Below, piece by piece: positions 1 through 18,000 of a stretch of DNA of 64,000 bases. This stretch comes from Bugula neritina (lineage: Eukaryota; Animalia; Bryozoa). Each line of letters begins with the position of its first letter. Position 1 is the stretch's first letter. The notes under the pieces are model-generated. The model ran no database searches and was not told the DNA's origin. It saw only the letters and a program-made list of their open reading frames with translations. The stretch is from positions 15,421,875 through 15,485,874 of the forward strand of contig OZ037768.1 in the NCBI GenBank assembly GCA_964035545.1, read 5' to 3'. Both the position numbers and the translations under genes were made by a program.

Positions 1-3000
1 CAATGTGAATTACACTGTAACATACTGAATTACACTGCAACATAGTGCAACATACTGAAGTACACTGCAACACATTGAAGTATACTGTAATATACAGAAA
101 TGTAGTCTAAAATACAGAAATATAATGCAACATACTGAAATATTATACTGCAATATACTGCAACATACTGAAATACACTGTAACAAACTGAAATACACTG
201 CAACATACTGAAATATACTGCAACATACTGAAATATCCTGCAAGATACTGCAACATACTGAAATACGTTGTAAGAAACTGAAGTACACTGCAACATTTTG
301 CAACATACTGAAATACATTGCAACAAACTAAAATATACTGAAACGCACCAAAAATTATTGCAACTGTGCGACATAACGAAAATATACCGCAAAAACACTG
401 AAATATGATGCAACATACTGAAGTATGCTGTAGCATACTGAAATACAGTGCAAGACACCGAAATATACTGTAATTTACAGAATTTTACTGTAACATACTG
501 AAATGTACTGCAACATACTGAAATATACTGCAACAATGTGAAATACACTGTATCATACTGAATTACACTGCAACATAGTGAAACATACTGAAATACACTG
601 CAACACATTGAAATAAACTGCAACATACCGAAATATATGGTAACCTACTGAAAAATGTTGCAAACCACTGAAACATACTGCAACAAAATGAAATATACTG
701 CAACACACTGAAACATACTGCAAATTGCTGAAACATACTGTGACATACCAAAACATACTGCAACATACTGAAATATACTGCACAATACTGCAACATACTG
801 AAGTACACTGTAACATACTGAGATACACTGTAACATATTGAAATACACTGCAACACATTGAAATATACTGCAACATACGTAAACATACGGCAACATACTG
901 AAGTATACTGCGACACAATGAAGTATACTGCAACAAACTGAAATATGCTGTAGCATACTGAAATAGACTGTAACACACTGAAGTATACTCTAATATACAG
1001 AAATGTACGGTAACATACTAAAACATAGTCAACCTACTGAAATGTACTGTAACACATTGAATGATACTGCAACATACTGAAACACACTGTAACATACTGA
1101 ATTACACTGCAACATACTGCAACATGCTCAAGTACACTGCAACAGAATTAAATATACTGTAACACACTGAAACGCACTGCAAAATACTGAAGTATACTGT
1201 AACATACTGAAGCATCCTGCAACATACTGAAATATACTTCAACATACTGAAATATACCTAAAAATAATAAGACATACTGAAATACGCTGTAACAAACCGA
1301 AATGCACTGCAACACATTGGAATATACTGCAACATATCGAAATATATGGTAACCTACTGAAATATGTTGCAAACTACTGAAATATACTTCAACATACTGA
1401 AATATACCTAAAGATATTGAAACATAGTGATATACACTGTAACATACTGAAATACACTGCAACACATCGGAATATTCTGCAACATACCAAATTACATCGT
1501 AACCTACTGAAATATGTTGCAAGCTACCTAAATATACTGCAATATACTGCAACTTACTGAAATACATTGTAAGATACTGAAACACACTGCAACATTTTGC
1601 AACCCACTAAAATACACTGCAACATACTGAAATACACTGTCACATACTGAATTACACTGTAACATACTGCAACATACTGCAACAAAATGAAATACACTGG
1701 AACATACTGAAATACACTGCAACACATTTGAATATACTGCAACATACCAATATATATGGTAACCTACTGAAATATGTTGCAAACTACCGAAGTATACTGC
1801 AGCATACTGCCACATAATGAAATATACTGCAATATACTGAAATATACTGCAAGATTCTGCAACATACTGAAATACACTGTAACATACTGAAACACATTTC
1901 AACAAACTAAAATATACTGAAACACACCAAAAATTATTGCAACTGTGCAACATAATAAAAATATACCGCAAAACACTGAAATATACCACAACACACTGAA
2001 ATATGCTGTAGCATACTGAAATACATTATAGGACACAAAAGTATACTGTAATTTACAGAAATGTACTATAACATACTGAAACATACGTCAACATACTGAA
2101 ATGTACTGCGTCATGCTGAAATATACTGCAACATGCTGAAATATACTGCACTATACTGAAATATGCTGTAGCATACTGATATACACTGGAACACACTGAA
2201 GTATACTGTAATATACAGAAATGTGCTGTAACATACTGAAACATACGTCAACATACTAAAATGTACTGCAACATGCTGAAATATAATACAACATATTAAA
2301 ATATACTGCAACATACTGAAATATACTCTAACACACTGAGATAAACTGAAACATGCTGAAATATACTGCAACATAAAGAAATAAACTGCAACATGCTGAA
2401 ATATACTGCAACATATCAAAGTAAATCGTAATATACGGATATGTACTGGAACATACTGTAACATACTGAAACATAGTGAACATACTGAAATGTACTGCAA
2501 CACACTGAAATATACTGCAACAATGTGAATTACACTGTAACATACTGAATTACACTGCAACATAGTGCAACATACTGAAGTACACTGCAACACATTGAAG
2601 TATACTGTAATATACAGAAATGTAGTCTAAAATACAGAAATATAATGCAACATACTGAAATATTATACTGCAATATACTGCAACATACTGAAATACACTG
2701 TAACAAACTGAAATACACTGCAACATACTGAAATATACTGCAACATACTGAAATATACTGCAAGATACTGCAACATACTGAAATACGTTGTAAGAAATTG
2801 AAGTACACTGCAACATTTTGCAACATACTGAAATACATTGCAACAAACTAAAATATACTGAAACGCACCAAAAATTATTGCAACTGTGCGACATAACGAA
2901 AATATACCGCAAAAACACTGAAATATGATGCAACATACTGAAGTATGCTGTAGCATACTGAAATACAGTGCAAGACACCGAAATATACTGTAATTTACAG

Positions 3001-6000
3001 AATTTTACTGTAACATACTGAAATGTACTGCAACATACTGAAATATACTGCAACAATGTGAAATACACTGTATCATACTGAATTACACTGCAACATAGTG
3101 AAACATACTGAAATACACTGCAACACATTGAAATAAACTGCAACATACCGAAATATATGGTAACCTACTGAAAAATGTTGCAAACCACTGAAACATACTG
3201 CAACAAAATGAAATATACTGCAACACACTGAAACATACTGCAAATTGCTGAAACATACTGTGACATACCAAAACATACTGCAACATACTGAAATATACTG
3301 CACGATACTGCAACATACTGAAGTACACTGTAACATACTGAGATACACTGTAACATATTGAAATACACTGCAACACATTGAAATATACTGCAACATACGT
3401 AAACATACGGCAACATACTGAAGTATACTGCGACACAATGAAGTATACTGCAACAAACTGAAATATGCTGTAGCATACTGAAATAGACTGTAACACACTG
3501 AAGTATACTCTAATATACAGAAATGTACGGTAACATACTAAAACATAGTCAACCTACTGAAATGTACTGTAACACATTGAATGATACTGCAACATACTGA
3601 AACACACTGTAACATACTGAATTACACTGCAACATACTGCAACATGCTCAAGTACACTGCAACAGAATTAAATATACTGTAACACACTGAAACGCACTGC
3701 AAAATACTGAAGTATACTGTAACATACTGAAGCATCCTGCAACATACTGAAATATACTTCAACATACTGAAATATACCTAAAAATAATAAGACATACTGA
3801 AATACGCTGTAACAAACCGAAATGCACTGCAACACATTGGAATATACTGCAACATATCGAAATATATGGTAACCTACTGAAATATGTTGCAAACTACTGA
3901 AATATACTTCAACATACTGAAATATACCTAAAGATATTGAAACATAGTGATATACACTGTAACATACTGAAATACACTGCAACACATCGGAATATTCTGC
4001 AACATACCAAATTACATCGTAACCTACTGAAATATGTTGCAAGCTACCTAAATATACTGCAATATACTGCAACTTACTGAAATACATTGTAAGATACTGA
4101 AACACACTGCAACATTTTGCAACCCACTAAAATACACTGCAACATACTGAAATACACTGTCACATACTGAATTACACTGTAACATACTGCAACATACTGC
4201 AACAAAATGAAATACACTGGAACATACTGAAATACACTGCAACACATTTGAATATACTGCAACATACCAATATATATGGTAACCTACTGAAATATGTTGC
4301 AAACTACCGAAGTATACTGCAGCATACTGCCACATAATGAAATATACTGCAATATACTGAAATATACTGCAAGATTCTGCAACATACTGAAATACACTGT
4401 AACATACTGAAACACATTTCAACAAACTAAAATATACTGAAACACACCAAAAATTATTGCAACTGTGCAACATAATAAAAATATACCGCAAAACACTGAA
4501 ATATACCACAACACACTGAAATATGCTGTAGCATACTGAAATACATTATAGGACACAAAAGTATACTGTAATTTACAGAAATGTACTATAACATACTGAA
4601 ACATACGTCAACATACTGAAATGTACTGCGTCATGCTGAAATATACTGCAACATACTGAAATATACTGCACTATACTGAAATATGCTGTAGCATACTGAT
4701 ATACACTGGAACACACTGAAGTATACTGTAATATACAGAAATGTACTGTAACATACTGAAACATACGTCAACATACTAAAATGTACTGCAACATGCTGAA
4801 ATATAATACAACATATTAAAATATACTGCAACATACTGAAATATACTCTAACACACTGAGATAAACTGAAACATGCTGAAATATACTGCAACATAAAGAA
4901 ATAAACTGCAACATGCTGAAATATACTGCAACATATCAAAGTAAATCGTAATATACGGATATGTACTGGAACATACTGTAACATACTGAAACATAGTGAA
5001 CATACTGAAATGTACTGCAACACACTGAAATATACTGCAACAATGTGAATTACACTGTAACATACTGAATTACACTGCAACATAGTGCAACATACTGAAG
5101 TACACTGCAACACATTGAAGTATACTGTAATATACAGAAATGTAGTCTAAAATACAGAAATATAATGCAACATACTGAAATATTATACTGCAATATACTG
5201 CAACATACTGAAATACACTGTAACAAACTGAAATACACTGCAACATACTGAAATATACTGCAACATACTGAAATATACTGCAAGATACTGCAACATACTG
5301 AAATACGTTGTAAGAAATTGAAGTACACTGCAACATTTTGCAACATACTGAAATACATTGCAACAAACTAAAATATACTGAAACGCACCAAAAATTATTG
5401 CAACTGTGCGACATAACGAAAATATACCGCAAAAACACTGAAATATGATGCAACATACTGAAGTATGCTGTAGCATACTGAAATACAGTGCAAGACACCG
5501 AAATATACTGTAATTTACAGAATTTTACTGTAACATACTGAAATGTACTGCAACATACTGAAATATACTGCAACAATGTGAAATACACTGTATCATACTG
5601 AATTACACTGCAACATAGTGAAACATACTGAAATAAAACTGCAACACATTGAAATAAACTGCAACATACCGAAATATATGGTAACCTACTGAAAAATGTT
5701 GCAAACCACTGAAACATACTGCAACAAAATGAAATATACTGCAACACACTGAAACATACTGCAAATTGCTGAAACATACTGTGACATACCAAAACATACT
5801 GCAACATACTGAAATATACTGCACGATACTGCAACATACTGAAGTACACTGTAACATACTGAGATACACTGTAACATATTGAAACACACTGCAACACATT
5901 GAAATATACTGCAACATACGTAAACATACGGCAACATACTGAAGTATACTGCGACACAATGAAGTATACTGCAACAAACTGAAATATGCTGTAGCATACT

Positions 6001-6049
6001 GAAATAGACTGTAACACACTGAAGTATACTCTAATATACAGAAATGTAC
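1..6049. repeat. 2,520-bp higher-order repeat of satellite A (at least 2.4 tandem copies)
   Basis: The sequence at position 1 recurs at 2521 and 5041, and the ORF track repeats at +2520 (10/2530/5050). About five substitutions were seen between copies 1 and 2 (near 237, 278, 784, 2135, 2225). The third copy diverges at ~6049. Confidence 0.95.
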
Positions 6050-9000
6050 TGTAACATACTGAAACATAGTCAACATACTGAATTATACCTCAACATACTG
6101 CAACATACTGAAATACACTGCAACAAACTGAAATATACTGCAAGATACTGCAACATACTTAAATACACTGTAACATACTGAAATTCATTGCAACAAACTA
6201 AAATATAATGAAACACACCTAAAACTATTGCAACTCTGCAACATAATGAAAGTATACTGCAAAAACACTGAAATACACCGCAACACACTGAAATATGCTG
6301 TAGCATACTGAATCACAGTGCAAGACACTGAAGTATACTGTAATTTACAGAAATGTACTATAACATACTGAAACATACGACAACATACTGAAATGTACTG
6401 TAACACATTGAATGATACTGCAACATACTGAAATACACTGTAACATACTGAATGACACTGCAAGACACTGCAACATGCTGAAGTACACTGCAACAGAATT
6501 AAACATACCGTAACACACTGAAACGTACAGCAAAATACTGAAATATACTGTAACATACTAAAGCATCCTGCAACATACTGAAATATACTTTAACATACTG
6601 AAACATACCTAAAAATAATAAAACCTACTGAAATACGCTGTAACATACTGAAATGCACTGCAACACATTGAAATATACTGCAACATACCGAAATATATGG
6701 TAACCTACTGAAATATGCTGCAAACTACTGAAATATACTACAACATACTGCAACATACTGGAATACACTGTAACATATTGAAATACAGCGCAACTAATTG
6801 AAATATACCGCAACATACCGAGATATATGGTAACTTACTGAAATATACTGTAACACATTGAATGATACTGCAACATACTGAAATACACTGCAACACACTG
6901 AGTTATACTGTAACATAGAGAAACGTAATGTAACATACTGAAACATGCGGTAACATATTGAAATATACCGCAACTCATTGAAATATACTGCAACATACTG
7001 AAATATGCTGTAGCATACTGAAATACACTGCAACACACTGAAGTATACTGTAATGTACAGAAATGTACAGTAAAATACTGAAAGATACTTCAACATACTG
7101 CTGCATAACGAAATATACTGCAACATACTGAAATATACTGCAAGATACCGCAACATACTGAAATACACTGTAACATACTGAAATACACTGCAACACATTG
7201 GAATATACTGCAACATACCAAATATATGGTAACCTACTGAAACATACTGTAACACGTTGAATGATATTGCAACATACCGAAATACACTGCAACCCACTGA
7301 ATTATACTGTAATATACAGAAATGTACTGTAACATACTAAAACATGCGACAACATACTCAGATATACTGCAAGACATTGAAATATACTGCAACATACTGA
7401 AATATGTTCTAGCATACTTAAATACACGGCGACACACTGAAGTATACTGTAATATACAGAAATGTACTGTAAAATATTGAAATATACTTCAACATACTGA
7501 AATATACCTAAAAATAATGAAAGAGACTGAAATACACTGGAACATAATAAAATACACTGCAACACATTTGAATATACTGCAACATACCAATATATATGTC
7601 AACCTACTGAAAGATGCGGCAAACTACTGAAACATACTGCAACATACTGCCACATAATGAAATATACTGCAACATACTGAAATATACTGCAAGATACTGC
7701 AACATACTGAAATACACTGTAACATACTGAATTACATTGCAACAAACTAAAATATACTGAAACACACCAAAAATTATTGCAACTGTGCAACATAATGAAA
7801 ATATACCGCAAAAACACTGAAAGACACCGCAACACACTGAAACATGCTGTGGCATACTGAAATACACTGCAACACACTGAAGTATACTGTAATATACAGA
7901 AATGTACGGTAATATACTGAAACATAGTCAACCTACTGAAATGTTCTGTAACACATTGAATGATACTGCAACATACTGAAACACACTGTAAGATACTGAA
8001 ATACACTCCAACACACTGGAATATACTGCAACATACCGATTTATATGGTAAGCCTACTGGAATATGTTGCAAACTACTGAAATATACTGCAACATACTGC
8101 AGCATACTGATATTCACTGTAACAAATTGAAATACACTGCAACACATTGAAACATACCGCAACATACCGAAATATATGGTAACCTAGTGAAATATACTGT
8201 AACACATTGAAGTATGCTGTAATATACAGAAATGTATTGTAACACATTGAAATATACTGCAACATACTATAATATGCTGTAGCATACTGAAATACACGGC
8301 AACACATTGAAGTATACTGTAGTATACAGAATTGTACTGTAAAATACAGAAACATACTGCAACATACTGAAATATACTGCAACATCCTGAAATATACTGC
8401 AAGATACTGCAACATACTGAAATACACTGCAACATTGTGAAACATACTGAAATACACTGCAACAAACTGAAATACACTGCAACGTACTGAAGTATACTGC
8501 AACATCCTGTAATATACAGCAAGATACTGCAACATGCTGAAATACACTGTAACAAACTGAAATACACGGCAACATACTGAAATATACTGCAACATACTGA
8601 AATATACTGCAAGAAACTGCAACAGACTGAAATACATTGTAAGAAACTGAAATACAATGCAACATTTTGCAACATACTGAAATACATTGCAACAAACTAA
8701 AATATACTGAAACACACCAAAAATTGTTGCAACTGTGCGACATAATGAAAATATACCGCAAAAACACTGAAATATACTGCAACATACTGAAATATGCTGT
8801 AGCATACTGAAATACAGTGCAAGACACTGAAGTATACTGTAATTTACAGAAATTTACTGTAACATACTGAAACATAGTCAACATACTGAAATGGACTGCA
8901 ACATACTGGAATATACTGCAACAATGTGAAATACACTGTAACATACTGAATTACACTGCAACATAGTGAAACATACTGAAGTACACTGCAACACATTGAA

Positions 9001-12000
9001 ATATACTGCAACATATCCAAATATATTGTAATCTACTGAAATATAGTGTAAAACATTGAATGATACTGCAACATACTGAAATACACTGCAACACACTGAA
9101 GTATACTGTAATATACAAAAATGTATTGTAACATTCTGAAACATGCGGCAACATATTGAAATATACTGCAACACATTGAAATATACTGCAACATACTGAA
9201 ATATACCTAAAAATAATGAAAGAGACTGAAATACACTGGAACATACTGAAACACACTGCAACTTATTTGAATATACTGCAACATACCAATGTATATGGTA
9301 ACCTACTGAAATCTGTTGCAAACTACTGAAATATACTGCAACATACTGCCACATGATGAAATATACTGCAACATACTGAAATATACTGCAAGATACTGCA
9401 ACATACTCAAATACACTGTAACATACTGAAATACATTTCAACAAACTAAAATATACTGAAACACACCAAAACTTATTGCAACTGTGCAACATAATGAAAA
9501 TATACCGCAACACACTGAAATAAGCTGTAGCATACTGAAATACAGTGCAAGACACAGAAGTAAACTGTAATTTAGAGAAATTTACTATAACATACTTAAA
9601 CATACGTCAACATACTGAAATGTACTGCGTCATGCTGAAATATACTGCAACATACTGAAATGCACTGCAACATACCCCAACATACTAGAGTACACTGCAA
9701 CACATTGAAATATACTGCAACATACCGAAATATATGGTAACCTACTGAAATATGTTGCAAACCACTGCAACATACTGCAACATACTGCAACAAAATGAAA
9801 TATACTGTAACACACTGAAACATACTGCAAAATGCTGAAATAAACTGTGACATACCAAAACATACTGCAACATACTGAAATATACTGCATGATACTGCAA
9901 CATACTGAAGTACACTGTAACATACTGAGATACACTGTAACATATTGAAATACACTGCAACACATTGAAATATACTGCAACATACGTAAACATACGGCAA
10001 CATACTGAAGTATACTGCGACACAATGAAGTATACTGCAACAAACTGAAATATGCTGTAGCATGCTGAAATACACTGCAACACACTGAAGTATACTCTAA
10101 TATACAGAAATGTACTGTAACATACTGAAACATAGTCAACATGCTGAAATATACTGCAACATACTGCAACATACTGAAATACACTGCAACAAACTGAAAC
10201 ACACTGCAACATACTGAAATATACTGCAACATCCTGAAATATACTGCAAGATTCTGCAACATACTGAAATACATTGTAGGATACTGAAATACACTGCAAC
10301 ATTTTGCAATATACTGAAATACACTGCAACACATTGAAATATACTGCAACATACTGAAATACACGGCAACATACTGAAATATACTGCGACACTTTGAATT
10401 AATACACTTCAACATACCACAACACACTGAGTTATACTGTAACATAGAGAAACGTACTGTAACATACTAAAACATGCGGCAACACATTGAAATATACCGC
10501 AATACATTGAAATATACTGCAACATACAAAATATGCTGTTGCATAGTGAAATACACTGCAACACACTGAAGTATAGTGTAATATACAGAAATGTACTGTA
10601 AAATACTGAAATATACTTCAACATACTACTACATAATAAAATATACTGCAACATACTGAAATATACTGCAAGATACGGCAACATACTGAAATACACTGTA
10701 ACATACTGAAATACACTGCAACACATTGGAATAAACTGCAACATACTGAAATATATAGTAACCTACTGAAATATACTGCAACATACTGCAACAAAATGAA
10801 ACATACTGTAACACACTGAAACATACTGCAAAATACTGAAATATACTGTAACATACAAAAACATACTGCAACATACTGAAATGTACTGCACTATACTGCA
10901 ACATACTGAAGTACACTGTAACATACTGAGATACACTGCAACATACTGTAAAATACTGCAACATACTGAGATACACTGTAACATATTGAAATACACTGCA
11001 ACACATTGAAATATACTGCAACATACTGAAACATACGGCAACATACTGAAGTATACTGCGACACAATGGAGTATACTGCAACAAACTGAAAGGTGCTGTA
11101 GCATACTGAAATACACCGAAACACACTGAAGTATACTGTAATATACAGAAATGTACTGTAACATACTCCAACATACTAGAGTACACTGCAAAACATTGAA
11201 ATATACTGCAAGATACCGAAATATATGGTAACCTACTGAAATATCTTGCAAACCACTGAAACATACTGCAACATACTGCAACAAAATGAAATATACTGTA
11301 ACACTATGAAACATACTGCAAAATGCTGAAATATACTGTGACAAACCAAAACATACTGCAACATACTGAAATATACTGCACGATACTGCAACATACTGAA
11401 GTACACTGTAACATACTGAGATACACTGTAACATATTGAAACACACTGCAACACATTGAAATATACTGCAACATACGTAAACATACGGCAACATACTGAA
11501 GTATACTGCGACACAATGAAGTATACTGCAACAAACTGAAATATGCTGTAGCATACTGAAATACACTGCAACACACTGAAGTATACTCTAATATACAAAA
11601 ATGCACTGTAACATACTGAAGCATAGTCAACATGCTGAAATATACTGCAACATACTGCAACATACTGAAATACACTGCAACAAACTGAAATACACTGCAA
11701 CATACTGAAATATACTGCAACATCCTGAAATATACTGCAAGATTCTGCAACATACTGAAATACATTGTAGAATACTGAAATACACTGCAACATTTTGCAA
11801 TATACTGAAATACACCGCAACGCATTGGAACATACTGCAACATACCGAAATATATAGTAACCTACTGAAATATACTGCAACATACTGCAACAAAATGAAA
11901 CATAGTGTAACACACTGAAACATACTGCAAAATACTGAAATATACTGTAACATACAAAAACATACTGCAACACACTGAAATATACTGCACTATACTGCAA

Positions 12001-15000
12001 CATACTGAAGTACACTGTAACATACTGAGATACACTGCAACATACTGTAAAATACTGCAACATACTGAGATACACTGTAACATATTGAAATACACTGCAA
12101 CACATTGAAATATACTGCAACATACTGAAACATACGGCAACATACTGAAGTATACTGCGACACAATGGAGTATACTGCAACAAACTGAAAGATGCTGTAG
12201 CATACTGAAATACACCGCAACACACTGAAGTATACTGTAATATACAGAAATGTACTGTAACATACAGAAACATAGTCAACATACTGAAATGTACTGTAAC
12301 ACATTGAATTATACTGCAACATACTGAAATACACTGTAACATACTGAATTACACTGCAAGATACTGCAACATACTGAAGTACACTGCAACAAAGTTAAAC
12401 ATACTGTAACACACTGAAACGTACCGCAAAATACTGAAATATACTGTGACATACTAAAGCATCCTGCAACATACTGAAATATACTTCAACATACTGAAAC
12501 ATACCTAAAAATTATAAAACATACTGAAATACGCTGTAACATACTGAAATGCACTGCAACACATTGGAATATACTGCAACATACCGAAATATATGGTAAC
12601 CTACTGAAATATGTTGCAAACTACTGAAATATACTACAACATAATGCAACATACTGAAATACACTGCAACAAGCTGCAACATACTGCAACAAAATGAAAT
12701 ATACTGTAACCTACTGCAACATACTGCAACAAAATGAAATATACTGTAACACATTGAAACATACTGCAAAATACTGAAATATACATTAAAATACTAAAAA
12801 ATACTGCAAAATACTGAAGTATACTGTAACATACTGAAGCATCCTGCAACATACTGAAATATACTTCAACATACTGAAATATACCTAAAAATAATAAGAC
12901 ATACTGAAATACGCTGTAACAAACCGAAATGCACTGCAACACATTGGAATATACTGCAACATATCGAAATATATGGTAACCTACTGAAATATGTTGCAAA
13001 CTACTGAAATATACTTCAACATACTGAAATATACCTAAAGATATTGAAACATAGTGATATACACTGTAACATACTGAAATACACTGCAACACATCGGAAT
13101 ATTTTGCAACATACCAAATTACATCGTAACCTACTGAAATATGTTGCAAGCTACCTAAATATACTGCAATATACTGCAACTTACTGAAATACATTGTAAG
13201 ATACTGAAACACACTGCAACATTTTGCAACCCACTAAAATACACTGCAACATACTGAAATACACTGTCACATACTGAATTACACTGTAACATACTGCAAC
13301 ATACTGCAACAAAATGAAATACACTGGAACATACTGAAATACACTGCAACACATTTGAATATACTGCAACATACCAATATATATGGTAACCTACTGAAAT
13401 ATGTTGCAAACTACCGAAGTATACTGCAGCATACTGCCACATAATGAAATATACTGCAATATACTGAAATATACTGCAAGATTCTGCAACATACTGAAAT
13501 ACACTGTAACATACTGAAACACATTTCAACAAACTAAAATATACTGAAACACACCAAAAATTATTGCAACTGTGCAACATAATAAAAATATACCGCAAAA
13601 CACTGAAATATACCACAACACACTGAAATATGCTGTAGCATACTGAAATACATTATAGGACACAAAAGTATACTGTAATTTACAGAAATGTACTATAACA
13701 TACTGAAACATACGTCAACATACTGAAATGTACTGCGTCATGCTGAAATATACTGCAACATACTGAAATATACTGCACTATACTGAAATATGCTGTAGCA
13801 TACTGATATACACTGGAACACACTGAAGTATACTGTAATATACAGAAATGTACTGTAACATACTGAAACATACGTCAACATACTAAAATGTACTGCAACA
13901 TGCTGAAATATAATACAACATATTAAAATATACTGCAACATACTGAAATATACTCTAACACACTGAGATAAACTGAAACATGCTGAAATATACTGCAACA
14001 TAAAGAAATAAACTGCAACATGCTGAAATATACTGCAACATATCAAAGTAAATCGTAATATACGGATATGTACTGGAACATACTGTAACATACTGAAACA
14101 TAGTGAACATACTGAAATGTACTGCAACACACTGAAATATACTGCAACAATGTGAATTACACTGTAACATACTGAATTACACTGCAACATAGTGCAACAT
14201 ACTGAAGTACACTGCAACACATTGAAGTATACTGTAATATACAGAAATGTAGTCTAAAATACAGAAATATAATGCAACATACTGAAATATTATACTGCAA
14301 TATACTGCAACATACTGAAATACACTGTAACAAACTGAAATACACTGCAACATACTGAAATATACTGCAACATACTGAAATATACTGCAAGATACTGCAA
14401 CATACTGAAATACGTTGTAAGAAATTGAAGTACACTGCAACATTTTGCAACATACTGAAATACATTGCAACAAACTAAAATATACTGAAACGCACCAAAA
14501 ATTATTGCAACTGTGCGACATAACGAAAATATACCGCAAAAACACTGAAATATGATGCAACATACTGAAGTATGCTGTAGCATACTGAAATACAGTGCAA
14601 GACACCGAAATATACTGTAATTTACAGAATTTTACTGTAACATACTGAAATGTACTGCAACATACTGAAATATACTGCAACAATGTGAAATACACTGTAT
14701 CATACTGAATTACACTGCAACATAGTGAAACATACTGAAATACACTGCAACACATTGAAATAAACTGCAACATACCGAAATATATGGTAACCTACTGAAA
14801 AATGTTGCAAACCACTGAAACATACTGCAACAAAATGAAATATACTGCAACACACTGAAACATACTGCAAATTGCTGAAACATACTGTGACATACCAAAA
14901 CATACTGCAACATACTGAAATATACTGCACGATACTGCAACATACTGAAGTACACTGTAACATACTGAGATACACTGTAACATATTGAAACACACTGCAA

Positions 15001-18000
15001 CACATTGAAATATACTGCAACATACGTAAACATACGGCAACATACTGAAGTATACTGCGACACAATGAAGTATACTGCAACAAACTGAAATATGCTGTAG
15101 CATACTGAAATAGACTGTAACACACTGAAGTATACTCTAATATACAGAAATGTACTGTAACATACTGAAACATAGTCAACATACTGAATTATACCTCAAC
15201 ATACTGCAACATACTGAAATACACTGCAACAAACTGAAATATACTGCAAGATACTGCAACATACTTAAATACACTGTAACATACTGAAATTCATTGCAAC
15301 AAACTAAAATATAATGAAACACACCTAAAACTATTGCAACTCTGCAACATAATGAAAGTATACTGCAAAAACACTGAAATACACCGCAACACACTGAAAT
15401 ATGCTGTAGCATACTGAATCACAGTGCAAGACACTGAAGTATACTGTAATTTACAGAAATGTACTATAACATACTGAAACATACGACAACATACTGAAAT
15501 GTACTGTAACACATTGAATGATACTGCAACATACTGAAATACACTGTAACATACTGAATGACACTGCAAGACACTGCAACATGCTGAAGTACACTGCAAC
15601 AGAATTAAACATACCGTAACACACTGAAACGTACAGCAAAATACTGAAATATACTGTAACATACTAAAGCATCCTGCAACATACTGAAATATACTTTAAC
15701 ATACTGAAACATACCTAAAAATAATAAAACCTACTGAAATACGCTGTAACATACTGAAATGCACTGCAACACATTGAAATATACTGCAACATACCGAAAT
15801 ATATGGTAACCTACTGAAATATGCTGCAAACTACTGAAATATACTACAACATACTGCAACATACTGGAATACACTGTAACATATTGAAATACAGCGCAAC
15901 TAATTGAAATATACCGCAACATACCGAGATATATGGTAACTTACTGAAATATACTGTAACACATTGAATGATACTGCAACATACTGAAATACACTGCAAC
16001 ACACTGAGTTATACTGTAACATAGAGAAACGTAATGTAACATACTGAAACATGCGGTAACATATTGAAATATACCGCAACTCATTGAAATATACTGCAAC
16101 ATACTGAAATATGCTGTAGCATACTGAAATACACTGCAACACACTGAAGTATACTGTAATGTACAGAAATGTACAGTAAAATACTGAAAGATACTTCAAC
16201 ATACTGCTGCATAACGAAATATACTGCAACATACTGAAATATACTGCAAGATACCGCAACATACTGAAATACACTGTAACATACTGAAATACACTGCAAC
16301 ACATTGGAATATACTGCAACATACCAAATATATGGTAACCTACTGAAACATACTGTAACACGTTGAATGATATTGCAACATACCGAAATACACTGCAACC
16401 CACTGAATTATACTGTAATATACAGAAATGTACTGTAACATACTAAAACATGCGACAACATACTCAGATATACTGCAAGACATTGAAATATACTGCAACA
16501 TACTGAAATATGTTCTAGCATACTTAAATACACGGCGACACACTGAAGTATACTGTAATATACAGAAATGTACTGTAAAATATTGAAATATACTTCAACA
16601 TACTGAAATATACCTAAAAATAATGAAAGAGACTGAAATACACTGGAACATAATAAAATACACTGCAACACATTTGAATATACTGCAACATACCAATATA
16701 TATGTCAACCTACTGAAAGATGCGGCAAACTACTGAAACATACTGCAACATACTGCCACATAATGAAATATACTGCAACATACTGAAATATACTGCAAGA
16801 TACTGCAACATACTGAAATACACTGTAACATACTGAATTACATTGCAACAAACTAAAATATACTGAAACACACCAAAAATTATTGCAACTGTGCAACATA
16901 ATGAAAATATACCGCAAAAACACTGAAAGACACCGCAACACACTGAAACATGCTGTGGCACACTGAAATACACTGCAACACACTGAAGTATACTGTAATA
17001 TACAGAAATGTACGGTAATATACTGAAACATAGTCAACCTACTGAAATGTTCTGTAACACATTGAATGATACTGCAACATACTGAAACACACTGTAAGAT
17101 ACTGAAATACACTCCAACACACTGGAATATACTGCAACATACCGATTTATATGGTAAGCCTACTGGAATATGTTGCAAACTACTGAAATATACTGCAACA
17201 TACTGCAGCATACTGATATTCACTGTAACAAATTGAAATACACTGCAACACATTGAAACATACCGCAACATACCGAAATATATGGTAACCTAGTGAAATA
17301 TACTGTAACACATTGAAGTATGCTGTAATATACAGAAATGTATTGTAACACATTGAAATATACTGCAACATACTATAATATGCTGTAGCATACTGAAATA
17401 CACGGCAACACATTGAAGTATACTGTAGTATACAGAATTGTACTGTAAAATACAGAAACATACTGCAACATACTGAAATATACTGCAACATCCTGAAATA
17501 TACTGCAAGATACTGCAACATACTGAAATACACTGCAACATTGTGAAACATACTGAAATACACTGCAACAAACTGAAATACACTGCAACGTACTGAAGTA
17601 TACTGCAACATCCTGTAATATACAGCAAGATACTGCAACATGCTGAAATACACTGTAACAAACTGAAATACACGGCAACATACTGAAATATACTGCAACA
17701 TACTGAAATATACTGCAAGAAACTGCAACAGACTGAAATACATTGTAAGAAACTGAAATACAATGCAACATTTTGCAACATACTGAAATACATTGCAACA
17801 AACTAAAATATACTGAAACACACCAAAAATTGTTGCAACTGTGCGACATAATGAAAATATACCGCAAAAACACTGAAATATACTGCAACATACTGAAATA
17901 TGCTGTAGCATACTGAAATACAGTGCAAGACACTGAAGTATACTGTAATTTACAGAAATTTACTGTAACATACTGAAACATAGTCAACATACTGAAATGG

